Shown piece by piece: positions 12,670 to 27,736 of a DNA stretch of 64,000 nt. Location of the stretch: NCBI GenBank assembly GCA_051294375.1, contig CM119271.1, positions 3,806,610 to 3,870,609 on the forward strand. Direction: 5' to 3'. This DNA is from Paraspadella gotoi (taxonomy: Eukaryota; Animalia; Chaetognatha). Under the pieces are notes generated by a model, which saw only the letters and a list, made by a program, of their open reading frames with translations, searched no databases and had not been told where the DNA came from. A program made the position numbers and the translations under genes. Each line of letters begins with the position of its first letter. Position 1 is the first letter of the stretch.

Positions 12670-12800
12670 GAATCCTGATTGGTCAAGTATGGAACCGGAA
12701 TCGACACAATCAGCTTGCAGGATCATCGGAACTGTAAATTTTACCCACGTCGCCGATCCTCTCCCTCAGCTATAAAATAGACCAAGTGTGGCGAACATAA
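12670..12800 (+). promoter_or_regulatory. Orphan histone-type promoter divergent from H1 (copies at about 420-550, 21260-21390 and 30720-30850)
   Basis: In the copy at 420-550: ATTGG 427, CCAAT 454, GATCC 503, TATAAATAG 519. No ORF follows (ATG TTA CAT TGC AAA TCA CTT TAA). Confidence 0.55.
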
Positions 12801-14075
12801 ATTCGCCTCCCTTAAAGCTTGGTGAAACTCAGCTCGCCTCAGGATACAACTGAATATGTTACATGCAAATCACTTTAAATGTATGCATCCTTAATGTTAT
12901 TACTAATTTTTTTATTATCTGTTAATTTTTTTTATTTATCAATAAATTAATCTTCTTTAATAATTTTATTGGTTCTGGGTCTGGTAGTAGCCAAGTATTA
13001 CATACTTAATGCTGATACTCATATTTCATGCCATCTGGGAAAAGTATTTTTGGGCTTAAAATATAGTAATAACAAATTGAAAATATAGTTAATAACGAAA
13101 TTAAAACAATAAAAGAAAATATATTGTTTTATTATCTTAAGAATAAATATAACAAAATATTTTGATTCAGAAATTGCCTATCTTAATTAAGAAAAATCAT
13201 TTCTTTACCAGGCAATTTCAATAACACTTTGCTGGTTAATCAGGCAAAATATTACCTAAGTTTACCCCTTAGTCCCATTGGCTTGGACAACTAAGTACTC
13301 GTTCACCAACCGTAAGTTACGGGTTAATTCCCTCATGGTCACGCTGGTTAAAGTGTGATGGTGTCGGTATAAACACGCCAGTGACATGGGGTGGTCATTG
13401 GCGGTCCAAAGCCCTGAGCGCCAGCTGTCGGGAGATACCATTCACCCCAGGCATCCCCATTGCCATACTGGCTTGTTTTTTAGAGTAGCATTGAACAAGA
13501 CTCCTGCGTGTGTCTTACCGTCACCTTTATTTTCAGAATAAGATTTTTTTTTCTTAAGTGATACAAAATAAAATTTAGCAAAATTTTAAAACTAATTACG
13601 CCGTATTATCTATCTTTTCTGGTTTTTAATAGAACTAATTAAGAAAGAGAAATGAGATGTGAAATCAAACTTCGCTAAAAACCGCAACAATAGTCAAGGC
13701 GAAAAGGTAAGCGATAAATTCCGTTAACCAGAAGCCACAAATTTTTCAACGGAAAAAAAAAATTAATAAAGTTTCCCGACACCAAAGTCCCAAGAAAATC
13801 TCGAGTCGCTCAGATGCCAAATTTCACTTTTCGGTTGGAAATTTAAAAAAAAAATAATTCCCGCGACCGAGATTTTCCAGGCGGCGAGGATTGCGCATAA
13901 ATGCAAATCCGACGCCTTATTACTTCGGAGCTAAGATGATTGCATATTGCATATGCATAATGCATAATGTATAGAATGTTATTACTGTTATTCTAACACT
14001 ATTATTTCATTGTTACTTCTAAAAATATATCATCACAGGATGTTTTGTTTTAGATGGCGCTAGCTAATTGGCTAA

Positions 14076-14137
<62 letters not shown>

Positions 14138-14980
14138 ACACACTCATTCTTATTCATTTGTGAGGCTTTTGTCCGCCACAGCTGATTGCTCACGCCGAAG
14201 ATATTGAGTTATCAATGTCGGTCAGCCACACTGAACAATGAACATCCCAATAGAATCTTCACTTGAAATTCTAAAACTACTTATAAAAATGGTCTTCTTT
14301 AAACTATCAAACAAACTAGCGATCATTCGCAAAGGAACCAACGTATAAATGTATAAGAAAGAAATAAGGAACGAAAAAAAAACGAACGAAGCAAAGAACG
14401 AACGACAAAAGAAAAATCACGTGACTATAATCTGGTCAGTTCGAGTCGAACGTGTGACTCAGGATCGTTGCGGGCTTCGGCTTGTCCGGGACGAGAGGGC
14501 AAAGGGGAGGGGGCGTTATTGAAAAGGGTTTGGGAAGAGGGAAAAGGGTAAAGGGACGAGGCCCCCCCCAAAAAAAGAGACAAGGTTAATGATGAAAGGT
14601 CGAGAGAAAATGACCCAGTGAGGTCAGGGTCAACGCGCGGAGAAGGTCACATGGACCCCGAGCGAGAGGGAGATCTTGACCTCTTGAGTTTGATTGCTTG
14701 AGTTATTTCTTGTTTCGTGATTCGTATTATTTATTTCTTTTCATTATTAAATTCTTTATAAGTTTTTTCTTTACTTTTTTTAAATACGTTTTTATTTTGA
14801 AAAATGTTTCACTGTCTAAGATTTTAGAATAATTTATAATTATGATTTTTGTTTCCCTTCTTTATTTTTCTGATTCATTTTTTCATTCTTTTCATTATTC
14901 ATTCATTCATTCATTCATTCATTCGTTCTTTCTTTTCTTATTCTTTCTTTTTCTTTCTTCTTTTCTTTCTTTCTTTCTTT

Positions 14981-15016
<36 letters not shown>

Positions 15017-18000
15017 TGTTCTTTCTTCTTTCTTTCTTTTTCTTCTTTCTTTCGTTCTCCCCTCCTCGACTCACCCGACTCATTCCGCCAGCGATAAGAA
15101 CAAAGACGAATGTCCGTAGAAAATATTCACGTCTTTCGTCGCTGTGGTGGTCGTCGTCGTCGTGAATCGTCATTTTCACAGAGATTCACGTGACTATCGT
15201 CTCTTTTTCGTCGTCATCATCGTCGTCGTCGCCTTTCCACTCGAGGACGCTGAGTCACAGAAGCCGCGTGATCGTCGTTTTGTTTGTGTTTTGTGTTGTT
15301 TTCGTTGTTGTCTTCCAGACGGGACAAAGTCAAGGATGCAGCGGGGAGGTCCCTTCGTTCGACGATGCGTTGGGGAAGAAGTCGCCGTCCGACGTCTCGA
15401 TCGAGGGCTTGGGAGTTGCATCTCTATAGGGCGGTTGGGGGGGGAGGGCGGGGTGATGAAACATTGGTCAAAAAACTCAAAGAATCTGCAATCAGAATTT
15501 TAACAGCAGAAAACAAATGAGCAGTCCGTCTCGCCGTTGATTCAAGATTATCATGAATGTTGAGTCGTTTTTTGTTCACACTGATTTCATTTCAGACCGA
15601 TATCATTTCAAAAAATAGTCATTTCACACTAAAACTATTTATCATTGATGTCGTTTCATACATATCATAACATATCATATCATATCAAATATCTGTCAAA
15701 GGCAATGACGCGTTAGCATGCGCTCGTCAACGTTTTGGTTCTAGCGCCGTCAAGGAAAATGATTAGAAATCGGATGCGCTGACGTCGTTTTCCGCTTTTT
15801 GTTTAGCCTCTTGGCTCGTTTCACTTCCGACGACGACGACGACGACGACGACGACGATGACCACGAAGATGAGGACAACAAGATGTGAACAATAAAAGGC
15901 ACCAAAGCGGTAAACAAACAGAAAACAAGAAAGCAATTGTACGAAGCGATAACTCAGTAACGGAAATTGGATCTGTCTCTCTCACTNNNNNNNNNNNNNN
16001 NNNNNNNNNNNAAAAGATTCGAAAATGGATTGAATTTGGTCTCGAGATGAATTCGAAACGGATTCAAAATGGATGCAAAGGGGACTGGGAAGAGATTCGA
16101 AATGGATCGAATCGGATTCGAAATGGATTCGAATCGGATTTGGTATGAAAAGGTGGGAAAGCGAACTGATTTGAAACAGAATCGAATGGATTCAGAAGAT
16201 AGAAAGTAGGGAAGAAAATGGGCTCGATATGGAAAAGGTGAGGAAAGAGAAAGAAAAGGCGTCAGAGAGGAGTAATGCTGCAAGAGTTTTACGGTCAGAA
16301 AAAAGGACGTTGACCAGAAGAAGGTGAGAAGTGCATATGCGAGGGACGGGTCGGCTGTGCGATCGACCTTAGTGTCAGTGACTCTGATTCTTTTCAGATT
16401 ATTATCCGACATTTCGCGGGGAAGAAAGTGGGGGAAAGGGGTAGGGAAGGGAAGAAGGAACGGAATGTCGGGGCTCGCGAAACGGGTATAATCCAATTGG
16501 CGAAGATCGGCGAGAGAAAAAGTTTCGGTAGAAATTCGGCGAGAAAGAAAGAAAGTGTTGGCGAGAAAGAAGAAATCGAATTCGGCGGAAAGAGAAAGAA
16601 AGTCGTTGGCGAAAAAGAAAGAAATTGAAAGTCAGTTTCGGCGAGGAAAGAGAGAAAAAATTTCGGCGAAGTCGGTAGAGCGGAAAAAAATTGGCGGGGG
16701 TGGAGTTCAGAGAGAAAGCGGTCAGATAAAGGTTAAATAAGGATGTCAGAGAGCGGTCAGAGAGGAAAGAGGGAAATGGGTGAGTTGTTATTGTGATGGT
16801 TAGAGAGAAAGAGGAAATAGGTGAGATCTATTTGGTTAAGTCCCGGTTAGCAGCTCAGGGGTGAGAGGAAATCTTAGTGGATTTCTTAGGGGATTTCTTA
16901 GTGGTAGTGTAAGAGCAGCACATTGGGCGTCACTCTATCTGGGATGGGGGTAATCTGGGTCTAACTAACGAAGGCAAAAAGAAGAAGGCAAAAATGTGGG
17001 AAAATGTGTATGTACTACTAAAAAGGCAAAAAAAAGGTCTACAAAAAACGAGAGGGAAATCGAAAGGGGCGGAGAGGAGAAAAGTAAGAGAAGAAGGTAA
17101 AAACGAGAAGTGAAAACTGGGTGAGCCTCGAGCCCTGGTGCTAGGAGGAGGAAGAGAGGGTGATGCGTGGATGACGAGACCACGAGACTCGCGCTCGGGC
17201 TGGTTTGGTCGTTGATTTTATTTCCTTTTTTTTATTAATCTCGTTATAATTTTTAGAATATCACTTTTAGTTGTTTATAGAATATAGATAAACAAATACC
17301 AATATTTACGACTTTTTTTTTAAACAGCGTTAAACAGCGCGATAAAACGACAGGTGATTGGTACAGTTTATGCGTTCGGCAACAAAAGACCATCCCACGT
17401 TATGTCGCCAAGACAACAAAGGATCGGAATTGAGGGAAAGGAAAGAAAATATGAAAATAGGGAGAAAAAAAAATTGAAAGAAAAAACTTGGGACAGCAAA
17501 TGAAAGTCAAGACGACAAGAAGAAAGAAAGAAAGAATAAAAAGAAAGAGAGAAAGAAGAAAAAAAACATAAAGACAGAAAGGGTCACCAGAATCGGAGCG
17601 TGAGTCGCGCCATCTTTTTATGCTTGATTTTTCTTTCATTTTTTTTTTTTCTAGACTCGGCCCGCTTGGCATAACGACGCTCCAGAGTGTTCAATAGTCA
17701 AAACTCGACGTTAACGGTAACGGGAGATAGATGTGACTATTACCAGTTTCGCTTTCAATAATACAGACAAAGAGCGAGTTTAAACTCCATTGCTGATAGC
17801 ATAACCATTAGCCTTCCGAATAGCAGAGTTTAAGTAGAAAAGATTTTCCTTCGACTCTTCGGGAGATGAATTATTTCGAGAAGTTATTCAGACTAACAAT
17901 GCCGCGCCTTTGGAGCGCCGCGCCTTTTAAGTTTAATGGGATTTTTATTCATAGCATCAAAGGTAAATTCTATATCCATTCCGAGTTATTTTTTCCCTGT

Positions 18001-18200
18001 TTTTTTTTTTTTTTTTTCAAAAGCACAAACTTTTTGTGAAGTTGCAATGGGAATTTTAATCAAAAAAAGTATTGTCCGGCGCGAAAATATCGAACATGAT
18101 GAGAACACTTCTTTTTTTCGTACGGATATCTATTTTTAAAAAAAAAAATATTATTCGCTTTTCTCCCTGTCAAAACACACACACACACTCTCTCCTCTCT

Positions 18201-18277
<77 letters not shown>

Positions 18278-20085
18278 CTCACGATATCGACCAATTCTCA
18301 CCAGACTGTCACATTTGTCATCTCGATTCGGTGATGATCCCTATCACCATCGTTGTCCTCATCGTCGTCGACGTCGAGGTGACCAAATTAGTATTACTTT
18401 TTGAAATCGATCACGCAATCTTAGTCTTTTATCAGTCCTTTTTTCAATTCGTTGTGATCATTCCGCGAGACACAATTACAGCGATACTTCATCGTCGACG
18501 TTATCGTCGCCGTCATTGAAAACCGATTGAGATCAATCGACGTGATCGTCATCGTCATCGTCATCCACCGACCTTCGTCTAAAAATAGTTTAATCTTCAT
18601 CCGCTTCTTTCGCCGCCTTCGTAGCCTCCAACGCTGATTGGCGAGCGTTCAACGAAGTCTCCCCTCTCCCAGCCTTCGTGACTCGCTCTCCCTCAGACAA
18701 GATTTTCTCTCCATTCTCTCTTTTTATTCCCGGTTCCGTCTTTCTTCCCGTCTTGCGTCACAACTGTTTTTCTCGTCGTCTTTGTCTTTCTCTCTCTTCT
18801 CCTAACATTCCCCCAACGCGACTCGCTCTCACACCTTAATCGCTCCCGATTGCCACCTTGAGCCTTGCACCTGCAATCTCCCAATCCAGAGAGTCTTCTC
18901 TAATTCGCTAGTATAGGTCAGGCCAACCTTGTAGCACTATCACTTGTTTTTTTTATCGATAACACTACGTAATATATGAACTATGAACGTATATATGAAC
19001 CTTGAACAATATATGAACATTGAACAATATCTTCATCATTGTTTCAATCAAGTACTTCATTTCCAATTTCCATTCATTTATTCGCTTCTCCGCTGATTTT
19101 CGCCTTTCGCCAGAAATTGGTAAAACCAATGAAAAAAACTATTAGTAGTTTATTAGCCAATATTGCTTTCTGACAATGAAATACCATCTTGGACATAACT
19201 TTCGCGATGCATTTGAAATGGAAACAAACGTTTGTGATTTAATCAATAAAACTTTATTCCCGATTATGATATTTATAATTTAACATCTTAATATTGATTT
19301 GTATAAATCTTTCTCATTTTATTCAGATCACGTGAAATTATAATTGATTTTTATAAAATGTTTAACCAGTGTCGTGGGTTCGAATCCCACCGCTGCCACA
19401 ACATTTAAGTAAGTAGACAGAGATTTCAACATGAAACCAAAGTGGGATTTATTTAAAAATATGAACAAGAGCAAGATCAGTACAAAAATGGTCAGCTATT
19501 ATAGTGAACAATCGGATCAGCGACATGGGCTCGTTTCCCGATGGCATGAAGCCCGTCTTCTCATTGGTTGATTCCCGACGATGATTCATCCAATTCTTGG
19601 TTCTGATTCCATCTGAAATGCTATCATCAACAAATAGTGGCTTAAGGCCCTCCAACTCAACTTACAAGGTAATAATGTAGCAGAACTCGGAAAAATTTCA
19701 ATCAAGCATCTCTAACAATCTAGTTTATTAACTCCCAAATTAATCATTCTATCATTCTAATCACTCGCCGTCACCAATTCTTTTAAAAACTTAAAGTTAA
19801 AAAAACTAAAAGTTAAATGAAATTGGTGCAACCAATAAAAAAATATCCATCCATTTAATAAATAAGCTATCTTGTCCCTGACTTTGGACAGACTTTGGTG
19901 GTTTAAAGGCCTCGATCACACTTGCAAGATAATAACATAGCAGGTTTCTGCAAGCTTTTAATCAAGCCTCTCTCACAGACTTGTTTATTCACTCAAAGTG
20001 AACCTGGCTTCCCTATCAATGAAGTGTAAGTATTAGATCGGGGAATACTATATTACAAATATGACATCTTTTGTGAAGGATGTTT

Positions 20086-20101
20086 GGCCCTGATAAGGGC
20101 C
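20086..20101 (-). terminator. Histone 3' stem-loop (copy)
   Basis: GGCCCTTATCAGGGCC on the minus strand downstream of H1. Confidence 0.88.
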
Positions 20102-20155
20102 GTTTGGGTGAGTATTCAGGTTCATAGAGACAGAGTCAGATTGACTCGGAATGCT

Positions 20156-20857
20156 TCACTTCTTCTTCTTGGCCACAGTCGACTTCTTGGACGCCGTATG
20201 CTTGGCGTCCTTTTCGCCGCCGTCTTATTGGCGGCCGATTGCTTCGACGCCGGTTTCTTAGGCGTAGCTTTTTTCGCCGGCATTTTTTTGGCGGCGACAT
20301 TTATCGGCGTCTTCTTAGGGCTGAGGGGGCGTCTTTTTTCCCAGTTTTCTTTACCGGGGTTTTCTTTGCCGGCGTCTTCTTGGGCGCCGATTTTTTGGCA
20401 GGCGTCTTTTTTGGCGCCTGCTGCTTGGCAGGGCTTTCTTAGACGCCGTCAGCTTGGCCGGCGTCTTTTTACGAGGAACCTCCTTGGGCGTTGGTTTAGC
20501 AGCGTTCTTTTTAACTTCTTTCTCAGCGGCGGCGCCAGCTTTCTTGGCCGGCGCTTTCTTCGACGCCGGCGTCGCCTTCTTGGCCTTAAAGTGGCCAGGA
20601 ATGGCCTTTGGCCGTAACGAAGGTGCCGCCTTCCACTCCGCGTTTCAAAGCGATGTTGATCTGAGTGTTGGTTGCCTCGTGTCCTTAACGTTGTAGTTGA
20701 AAGGATGTACTTCTTGATGGCCACCTTGGACGAGCCCTTCCTGTCGGCCAAGCCACGATCGCTTCGGCGATCATGCGGCCGAAAGGTGATGGGACCCCAG
20801 ATTTTTTGGCGGCCTGAGCCTTCTCGGCTGGAATCGTTTTCTGGCGGTAGAGCCCAT
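20156..20857 (-). CDS. H1: Linker histone H1, second full copy, frameshifted
   Basis: ORF 20449..20751 begins ADRKGSSKVAIKKYIL (H1 globular domain); same tail and stem-loop as the 11562 copy. Confidence 0.85.
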
Positions 20858-22683
20858 GATTATAATACGAGAGCGTGGACTTTTGTGTGTTGAACTTAGC
20901 AGTATGTTACCCCAGTTTCGGACGAGATTTTATAGCTCGATCCTCGTCGGATCGAACCTTAACGAGAGCGCTTCATGTTTTGACCAATAAAGGGAGATAA
21001 AAATTGACTGAGTTTGTGTTTGTTTGACGACTTTATTTATTATAATTTATATTATTATTAAGGTTAAGCTAAATAAAAATTCTGTGACTTTCACCATCAA
21101 AATATATTTTCGTGCTGTGACGAATAAACGAGAAAAACTTCTTTGATAATTTTAAAAAGTAAATAATAAAATAATAATTTTTTGAAACTCCTAATACCAT
21201 CGCAGGAGTATCAAGCCCACCAAAAGCAAATCGGATCGGAGACTCGGCCATCTCCGCGAATCCTGATTGGTCAAGTATGGAACCGGAATCGACCAATCAG
21301 CTTGCAGGATCATCGGAACTGTAAATTTTACCCACGTCGCCGATCCTCTCCCTCAGCTATAAATAGACCAAGTGTGGCGAAGCATAAAATTCGCCTCCCC
21401 TTAAAGCTTGGTGAAACTCAGCTCGCCTCAGGATACAACTGAATATGTTACATAGCAAATCACTTTAAATGTATGCATCCTTAATGTTATTACTAATTTT
21501 TTTATTATCTGTTAATTTTTTTTATTTATCAATAAATTAATCTTTCTTTAATAATTTTATTGGTTCTGGGTCTGGTAGTAGCCAAGTAGTTACATACTTA
21601 ATGCTGATACTCATATTTCATGCCATCTGGGAAAAGTATTTTTGGGCTTAAAATATAGTAATAACAAATTGAAAATATAGTTAATAACGAAATTAAAACA
21701 TAAAAGAAAATATATTGTTTTATTATCATTAAGAATAAATATAAGCAAAATATTTTGATTCAGAAATTGCCTATCTTAATTAAGAAAAATCATTTCTTTA
21801 CCTAGGCAATTTCAATAACACTTTGCTCGGTTAATCAGCAAAATATTACCTAGTTTACCCCTTAGTCCCATTGGCTGGACAACTAAGTACTCGTTCACCA
21901 ACCGTAAGTTACGGGTTAAATTCCCTCATGGTCACGCTGGTTAAAGTGTGATGGTGTCGGTATAAACACGCCAGTGACATGGGGTGGTCATTGGCGGTCC
22001 AAAGCCCTGAGCGCCAAGCTGTCGGGAGATACCATTCACCCCAGGCATCCAACCATTGCCATACTGGCTTGTTTTAGAGTAGCATTGAACAAGACTCCTG
22101 CGTGTGGTCTTACCGTCACTTTATTTTCAGAATAGATTTTTTTTTCTTAAGTGATACAAAATAAAATTTAGCAAAATTTTAAAACTAATTACAGCCGTAA
22201 TTATCTATCTTTTCTGGTTTTTAATAGAACTAATTAAGAAAGAGAAAGTGAGATGTGAAATCAAACTTCGCTAAAACCGCAAACAATAGTCAAGGCGAAA
22301 AGTAAGCCGATAAATTCCGTTAACCAGAAGCCACAAATTTTTCAACGGAAAAAAAAAATTAATAAAGTTTCCGACACCAAAGTCCCCAAGAAAATCTCGA
22401 GTCGCTCAGATGCCAAATTTCACTTTTCGGTTGGAAATTTAAAAAAAAAATAATTCCCGCGACCGAGATTTTCCAGGCGGCGAGGATTTGCGCATAAATG
22501 CAAATCCGACGCCTTTATTACTTTCGGAGCTAAGATGATTGCATATTGCATATTGCATAATGCATAATGTATAGGAATGTTATTACTGTTATTCTAACAC
22601 TATTATTTCATTGTTACTTCGTAAAAATATATCATCACAGGATGTCTTTGTTTTAGATGGCGCTAGCTAATTGGCTATTTTCT

Positions 22684-22739
<56 letters not shown>

Positions 22740-23551
22740 ACACACTCATTCTTATTCATTTGTGAGGCTTTTGTCCGCCACAGCTGATTGCTCACGCCGA
22801 AGATATTGAGTTACAATGTCGGTCAGCCACACTGAACAATGAACATCCCAATAGAATCTTCACTTGAAATTCTAAAACTACTTATAAAAATGGTCTTCTT
22901 TAAACTATCAAACAAACTAGCGATCATTCGCAAAGGAACCAACGTATAAATGTATAAAAAAAATAAGGAACGAAAAAAAAACCGAACGAAGCAAAGAACG
23001 AACGACAAAAGAAAAATCACGTGACTATAATCTGGTCAGTTCGAGTCGAACGTGTGACTCAGGATCGTTGCGGGCTTCGGCTTGTCCGGGACGAGGGGCA
23101 AAGGGGAGGGGGCGTTATTGAAAAGGGGTTTGGGAAGAGGGAAAAGGGTAAAGGGACGAGGCCCCCCCCCAAAAAAAAGGACAAGGTTAATGATGAAAGG
23201 TCGAGAGAAAATGACCCAGTGAGGTCAGGGTCAACGCGCGGAGAAGGTCAATGGACCCCGAGCGAGAGGGAGATCTTGACCTCTTGAGTTTGATTGCTTG
23301 AGTTATTTCTTGTTTCGATGATTCGTATTATTTATTTCTTTTCATTATTAAATTCTTTATAAGTTTTTTTTTACTTTTTTTAAATACGTTTTTATTTTGA
23401 AAAATGTTTCACTGTCTAAGATTTTAGAATAATTTATAATTATGATTTTTGTTTCCCTTTTTATTTTTCTGTATTTTTCCTTTATTACATTCATTCATTC
23501 ATTCATTCTTTCTTTCTTTCTTTCTTTCTTTTCTTTCTTCTTTCTTTCTTT

Positions 23552-23591
<40 letters not shown>

Positions 23592-24400
23592 TTCTTTCTT
23601 CTTTCTTTCTTTTTCTCTCTTTCTTTCGTTCTCCCCTCCTCGACTCACCCGACTCATTCCGCCAGCGATAAGAACAAAGACGAATGTCCGTAGAAAATAT
23701 TCACGTCTTCGTCGCTGTGGTGGTCGTCGTCGTCGTGAATCGTCATTTTCACAGAGATCACGTGACTATCGTCTCTTTCTTCGTCGTCATCATCGTCGTC
23801 GTCGCCTTTCCACTCGAGGACGCTAGAGTCACAGAAGCCAGCGTGATCGTCGTTGTTTTTGTTGTTGTTGTTGTTTTTTCGTTGTTGTCTTCCAGACGGA
23901 ATAAGTCAAGGATGCAGCGGCGGGAGTTCCCTTCGTCGACGATGCGTTGGGGAAGAAGTCGCCGTCCGACGTCTCGATCGAGGGCTTGGGAGTTGCATCT
24001 CTATAGGGCGGTTGGGGGGGGAGATGAAACATTGGTCAAAAAACTCAAAGAATCTGCAATCAGAATTTTAACAGCAGAAAACAAATGAGCAGTCCGTCTC
24101 ACCGTTGATTCAAGATATCGGAATGTTGAGTCGTTTTTTGTTCTTGTAATTTCACACTGATTTCATTTCAGACCGATATCATTTCAAAAAAAAGTCATTC
24201 ACACTAAAACTATTTATTATTGATGTCGTTTCATACATATCATAACATATCATATCATATCAAATATCTGTCCAAGGCAATGACGCGTAAGCATGCGCTC
24301 GTCAACGTTTGGTTCTGGCGCCGTCAAGGAAAATGATTATAAGTCAGATGCGCTGACGTCGGTTTCCGCTTTTTGTTTAGCCTCTTGGCTCGTTCACTTC

Positions 24401-24436
<36 letters not shown>

Positions 24437-24563
24437 TGACCACGAAGATGAGGACAACAAGATGTGAACAATAAAAGGCACCAAAGCGGTAAACAAACAG
24501 AAAAACAAGAAAGCAATGTACGAAGCGATAACTCAGTAACGGAAATTGGATCTGTCTCTCTCA

Positions 24564-24668
<105 letters not shown>

Positions 24669-27659
24669 GCATTCGGTTAGATTGAGTCGCTGTTAAAAAG
24701 CGATATCTGTGTCACGGCAACCCTGAATCTTAACCCCTTGTGGAATTGATATATCGTTTTAAAATTTCAAAATTTCAGTCACGTCAAATTTTTGGGCTTT
24801 TTAAAAAATATTTTCTTCGAGTCAAAATTTTTTTTCTTTTTGACGACGACGACGACGATAATAACGACGTCGACGACTCTGAGCGATTAATCGTGGTGAC
24901 AGTGGGACAACAAAAAAAACTTGCCTCATACTCGGAACACAATACTCGTTTTAGGATACAGAAGGTCAGAGGTTCAATACCCAACGCTCGTATTTTTTGA
25001 AATCAACAAAGGAAAAGAAACTACAGAGAGAGAGAGAGAGGAGGGTAAACGTATATATTATAAGAAGGTTTTTTCTTTGTTTGTAAGTAACGATGTTTAC
25101 TTAGACTGTCATAGTAACGCGCGTGAATACGACGAGAATGTTGACGACGACGATGACGATGACGACGATGACGACGACGACGATTCCCCGCAACCCGCGA
25201 CTCAACGGTCTGACCCCCGACGTAATAAACGATCCCTTCTCGCTGACTCCGATATAAACACATTTTTTTTTTATATTCCCTTCCTTATTTTTTTGTTATT
25301 CCCTTTTTATTTCTTGTTATTTCCTTCTTCCTTTCTTTTTCCTTTTTTTTTCTCGTTTTTCTTCCTTTCCGCTTAGCAAAGGGAGCGCACAAAAATCTGT
25401 TTGTCAGAGATAATATTGAAAAAGGAAGGAGAAGAAAAGGGGAGANNNNNNNNNNNNNNNNNNNNNNNNNAAAAGATTCGAAAATGGATTGAATTTGGTC
25501 TCGAGATGAATTCGAAACGGATTCAAAATGGATGCAAAGGGGACTGGGAAGAGATTCGAAATGGATCGAATCGGATTCGAAATGGATTCGAATCGGATTT
25601 GGTATGAAAAGGTGGGAAAGCGAACTGATTTGAAACAGAATCGAATGGATTCAGAAGATAGAAAGTAGGGAAGAAAATGGGCTCGATATGGAAAAGGTGA
25701 GGAAAGAGAAAGAAAAGGCGTCAGAGAGGAGTAATGCTGCAAGAGTTTTACGGTCAGAAAAAAGGACGTTGACCAGAAGAAGGTGAGAAGTGCATATGCG
25801 AGGGACGGGTCGGCTGTGCGATCGACCTTAGTGTCAGTGACTCTGATTCTTTTCAGATTATTATCCGACATTTCGCGGGGAAGAAAGTGGGGGAAAGGGG
25901 TAGGGAAGGGAAGAAGGAACGGAATGTCGGGGCTCGCGAAACGGGTATAATCCAATTGGCGAAGATCGGCGAGAGAAAAAGTTTCGGTAGAAATTCGGCG
26001 AGAAAGAAAGAAAGTGTTGGCGAGAAAGAAGAAATCGAATTCGGCGGAAAGAGAAAGAAAGTCGTTGGCGAAAAAGAAAGAAATTGAAAGTCAGTTTCGG
26101 CGAGGAAAGAGAGAAAAAATTTCGGCGAAGTCGGTAGAGCGGAAAAAAATTGGCGGGGGTGGAGTTCAGAGAGAAAGCGGTCAGATAAAGGTTAAATAAG
26201 GATGTCAGAGAGCGGTCAGAGAGGAAAGAGGGAAATGGGTGAGTTGTTATTGTGATGGTTAGAGAGAAAGAGGAAATAGGTGAGATCTATTTGGTTAAGT
26301 CCCGGTTAGCAGCTCAGGGGTGAGAGGAAATCTTAGTGGATTTCTTAGGGGATTTCTTAGTGGTAGTGTAAGAGCAGCACATTGGGCGTCACTCTATCTG
26401 GGATGGGGGTAATCTGGGTCTAACTAACGAAGGCAAAAAGAAGAAGGCAAAAATGTGGGAAAATGTGTATGTACTACTAAAAAGGCAAAAAAAAGGTCTA
26501 CAAAAAACGAGAGGGAAATCGAAAGGGGCGGAGAGGAGAAAAGTAAGAGAAGAAGGTAAAAACGAGAAGTGAAAACTGGGTGAGCCTCGAGCCCTGGTGC
26601 TAGGAGGAGGAAGAGAGGGTGATGCGTGGATGACGAGACCACGAGACTCGCGCTCGGGCTGGTTTGGTCGTTGATTTTATTTCCTTTTTTTTATTAATCT
26701 CGTTATAATTTTTAGAATATCACTTTTAGTTGTTTATAGAATATAGATAAACAAATACCAATATTTACGACTTTTTTTTTAAACAGCGTTAAACAGCGCG
26801 ATAAAACGACAGGTGATTGGTACAGTTTATGCGTTCGGCAACAAAAGACCATCCCACGTTATGTCGCCAAGACAACAAAGGATCGGAATTGAGGGAAAGG
26901 AAAGAAAATATGAAAATAGGGAGAAAAAAAAATTGAAAGAAAAAACTTGGGACAGCAAATGAAAGTCAAGACGACAAGAAGAAAGAAAGAAAGAATAAAA
27001 AGAAAGAGAGAAAGAAGAAAAAAAACATAAAGACAGAAAGGGTCACCAGAATCGGAGCGTGAGTCGCGCCATCTTTTTATGCTTGATTTTTCTTTCATTT
27101 TTTTTTTTTCTAGACTCGGCCCGCTTGGCATAACGACGCTCCAGAGTGTTCAATAGTCAAAACTCGACGTTAACGGTAACGGGAGATAGATGTGACTATT
27201 ACCAGTTTCGCTTTCAATAATACAGACAAAGAGCGAGTTTAAACTCCATTGCTGATAGCATAACCATTAGCCTTCCGAATAGCAGAGTTTAAGTAGAAAA
27301 GATTTTCCTTCGACTCTTCGGGAGATGAATTATTTCGAGAAGTTATTCAGACTAACAATGCCGCGCCTTTGGAGCGCCGCGCCTTTTAAGTTTAATGGGA
27401 TTTTTATTCATAGCATCAAAGGTAAATTCTATATCCATTCCGAGTTATTTTTTCCCTGTTTTTTTTTTTTTTTTTTCAAAAGCACAAACTTTTTGTGAAG
27501 TTGCAATGGGAATTTTAATCAAAAAAAGTATTGTCCGGCGCGAAAATATCGAACATGATGAGAACACTTCTTTTTTTCGTACGGATATCTATTTTTAAAA
27601 AAAAAAATATTATTCGCTTTTCTCCCTGTCAAAACACACACACACACTCTCTCCTCTCT

Positions 27660-27736
<77 letters not shown>

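Larger units (their letters stand above)
7448..15986. repeat. H1-containing block, copy 1
   Basis: Starts AAAAGATTCGAAAATGG directly after a 25-N spacer; colinear with 16012 onward at offset 8564 at the start. Confidence 0.92.

Noticed and set aside
20084-20617. Plus-strand 177-aa hydrophobic ORF (also 11557-12024 and 29543-30076)
   Set aside because: Antisense shadow of the Lys/Ala-rich H1 tail.
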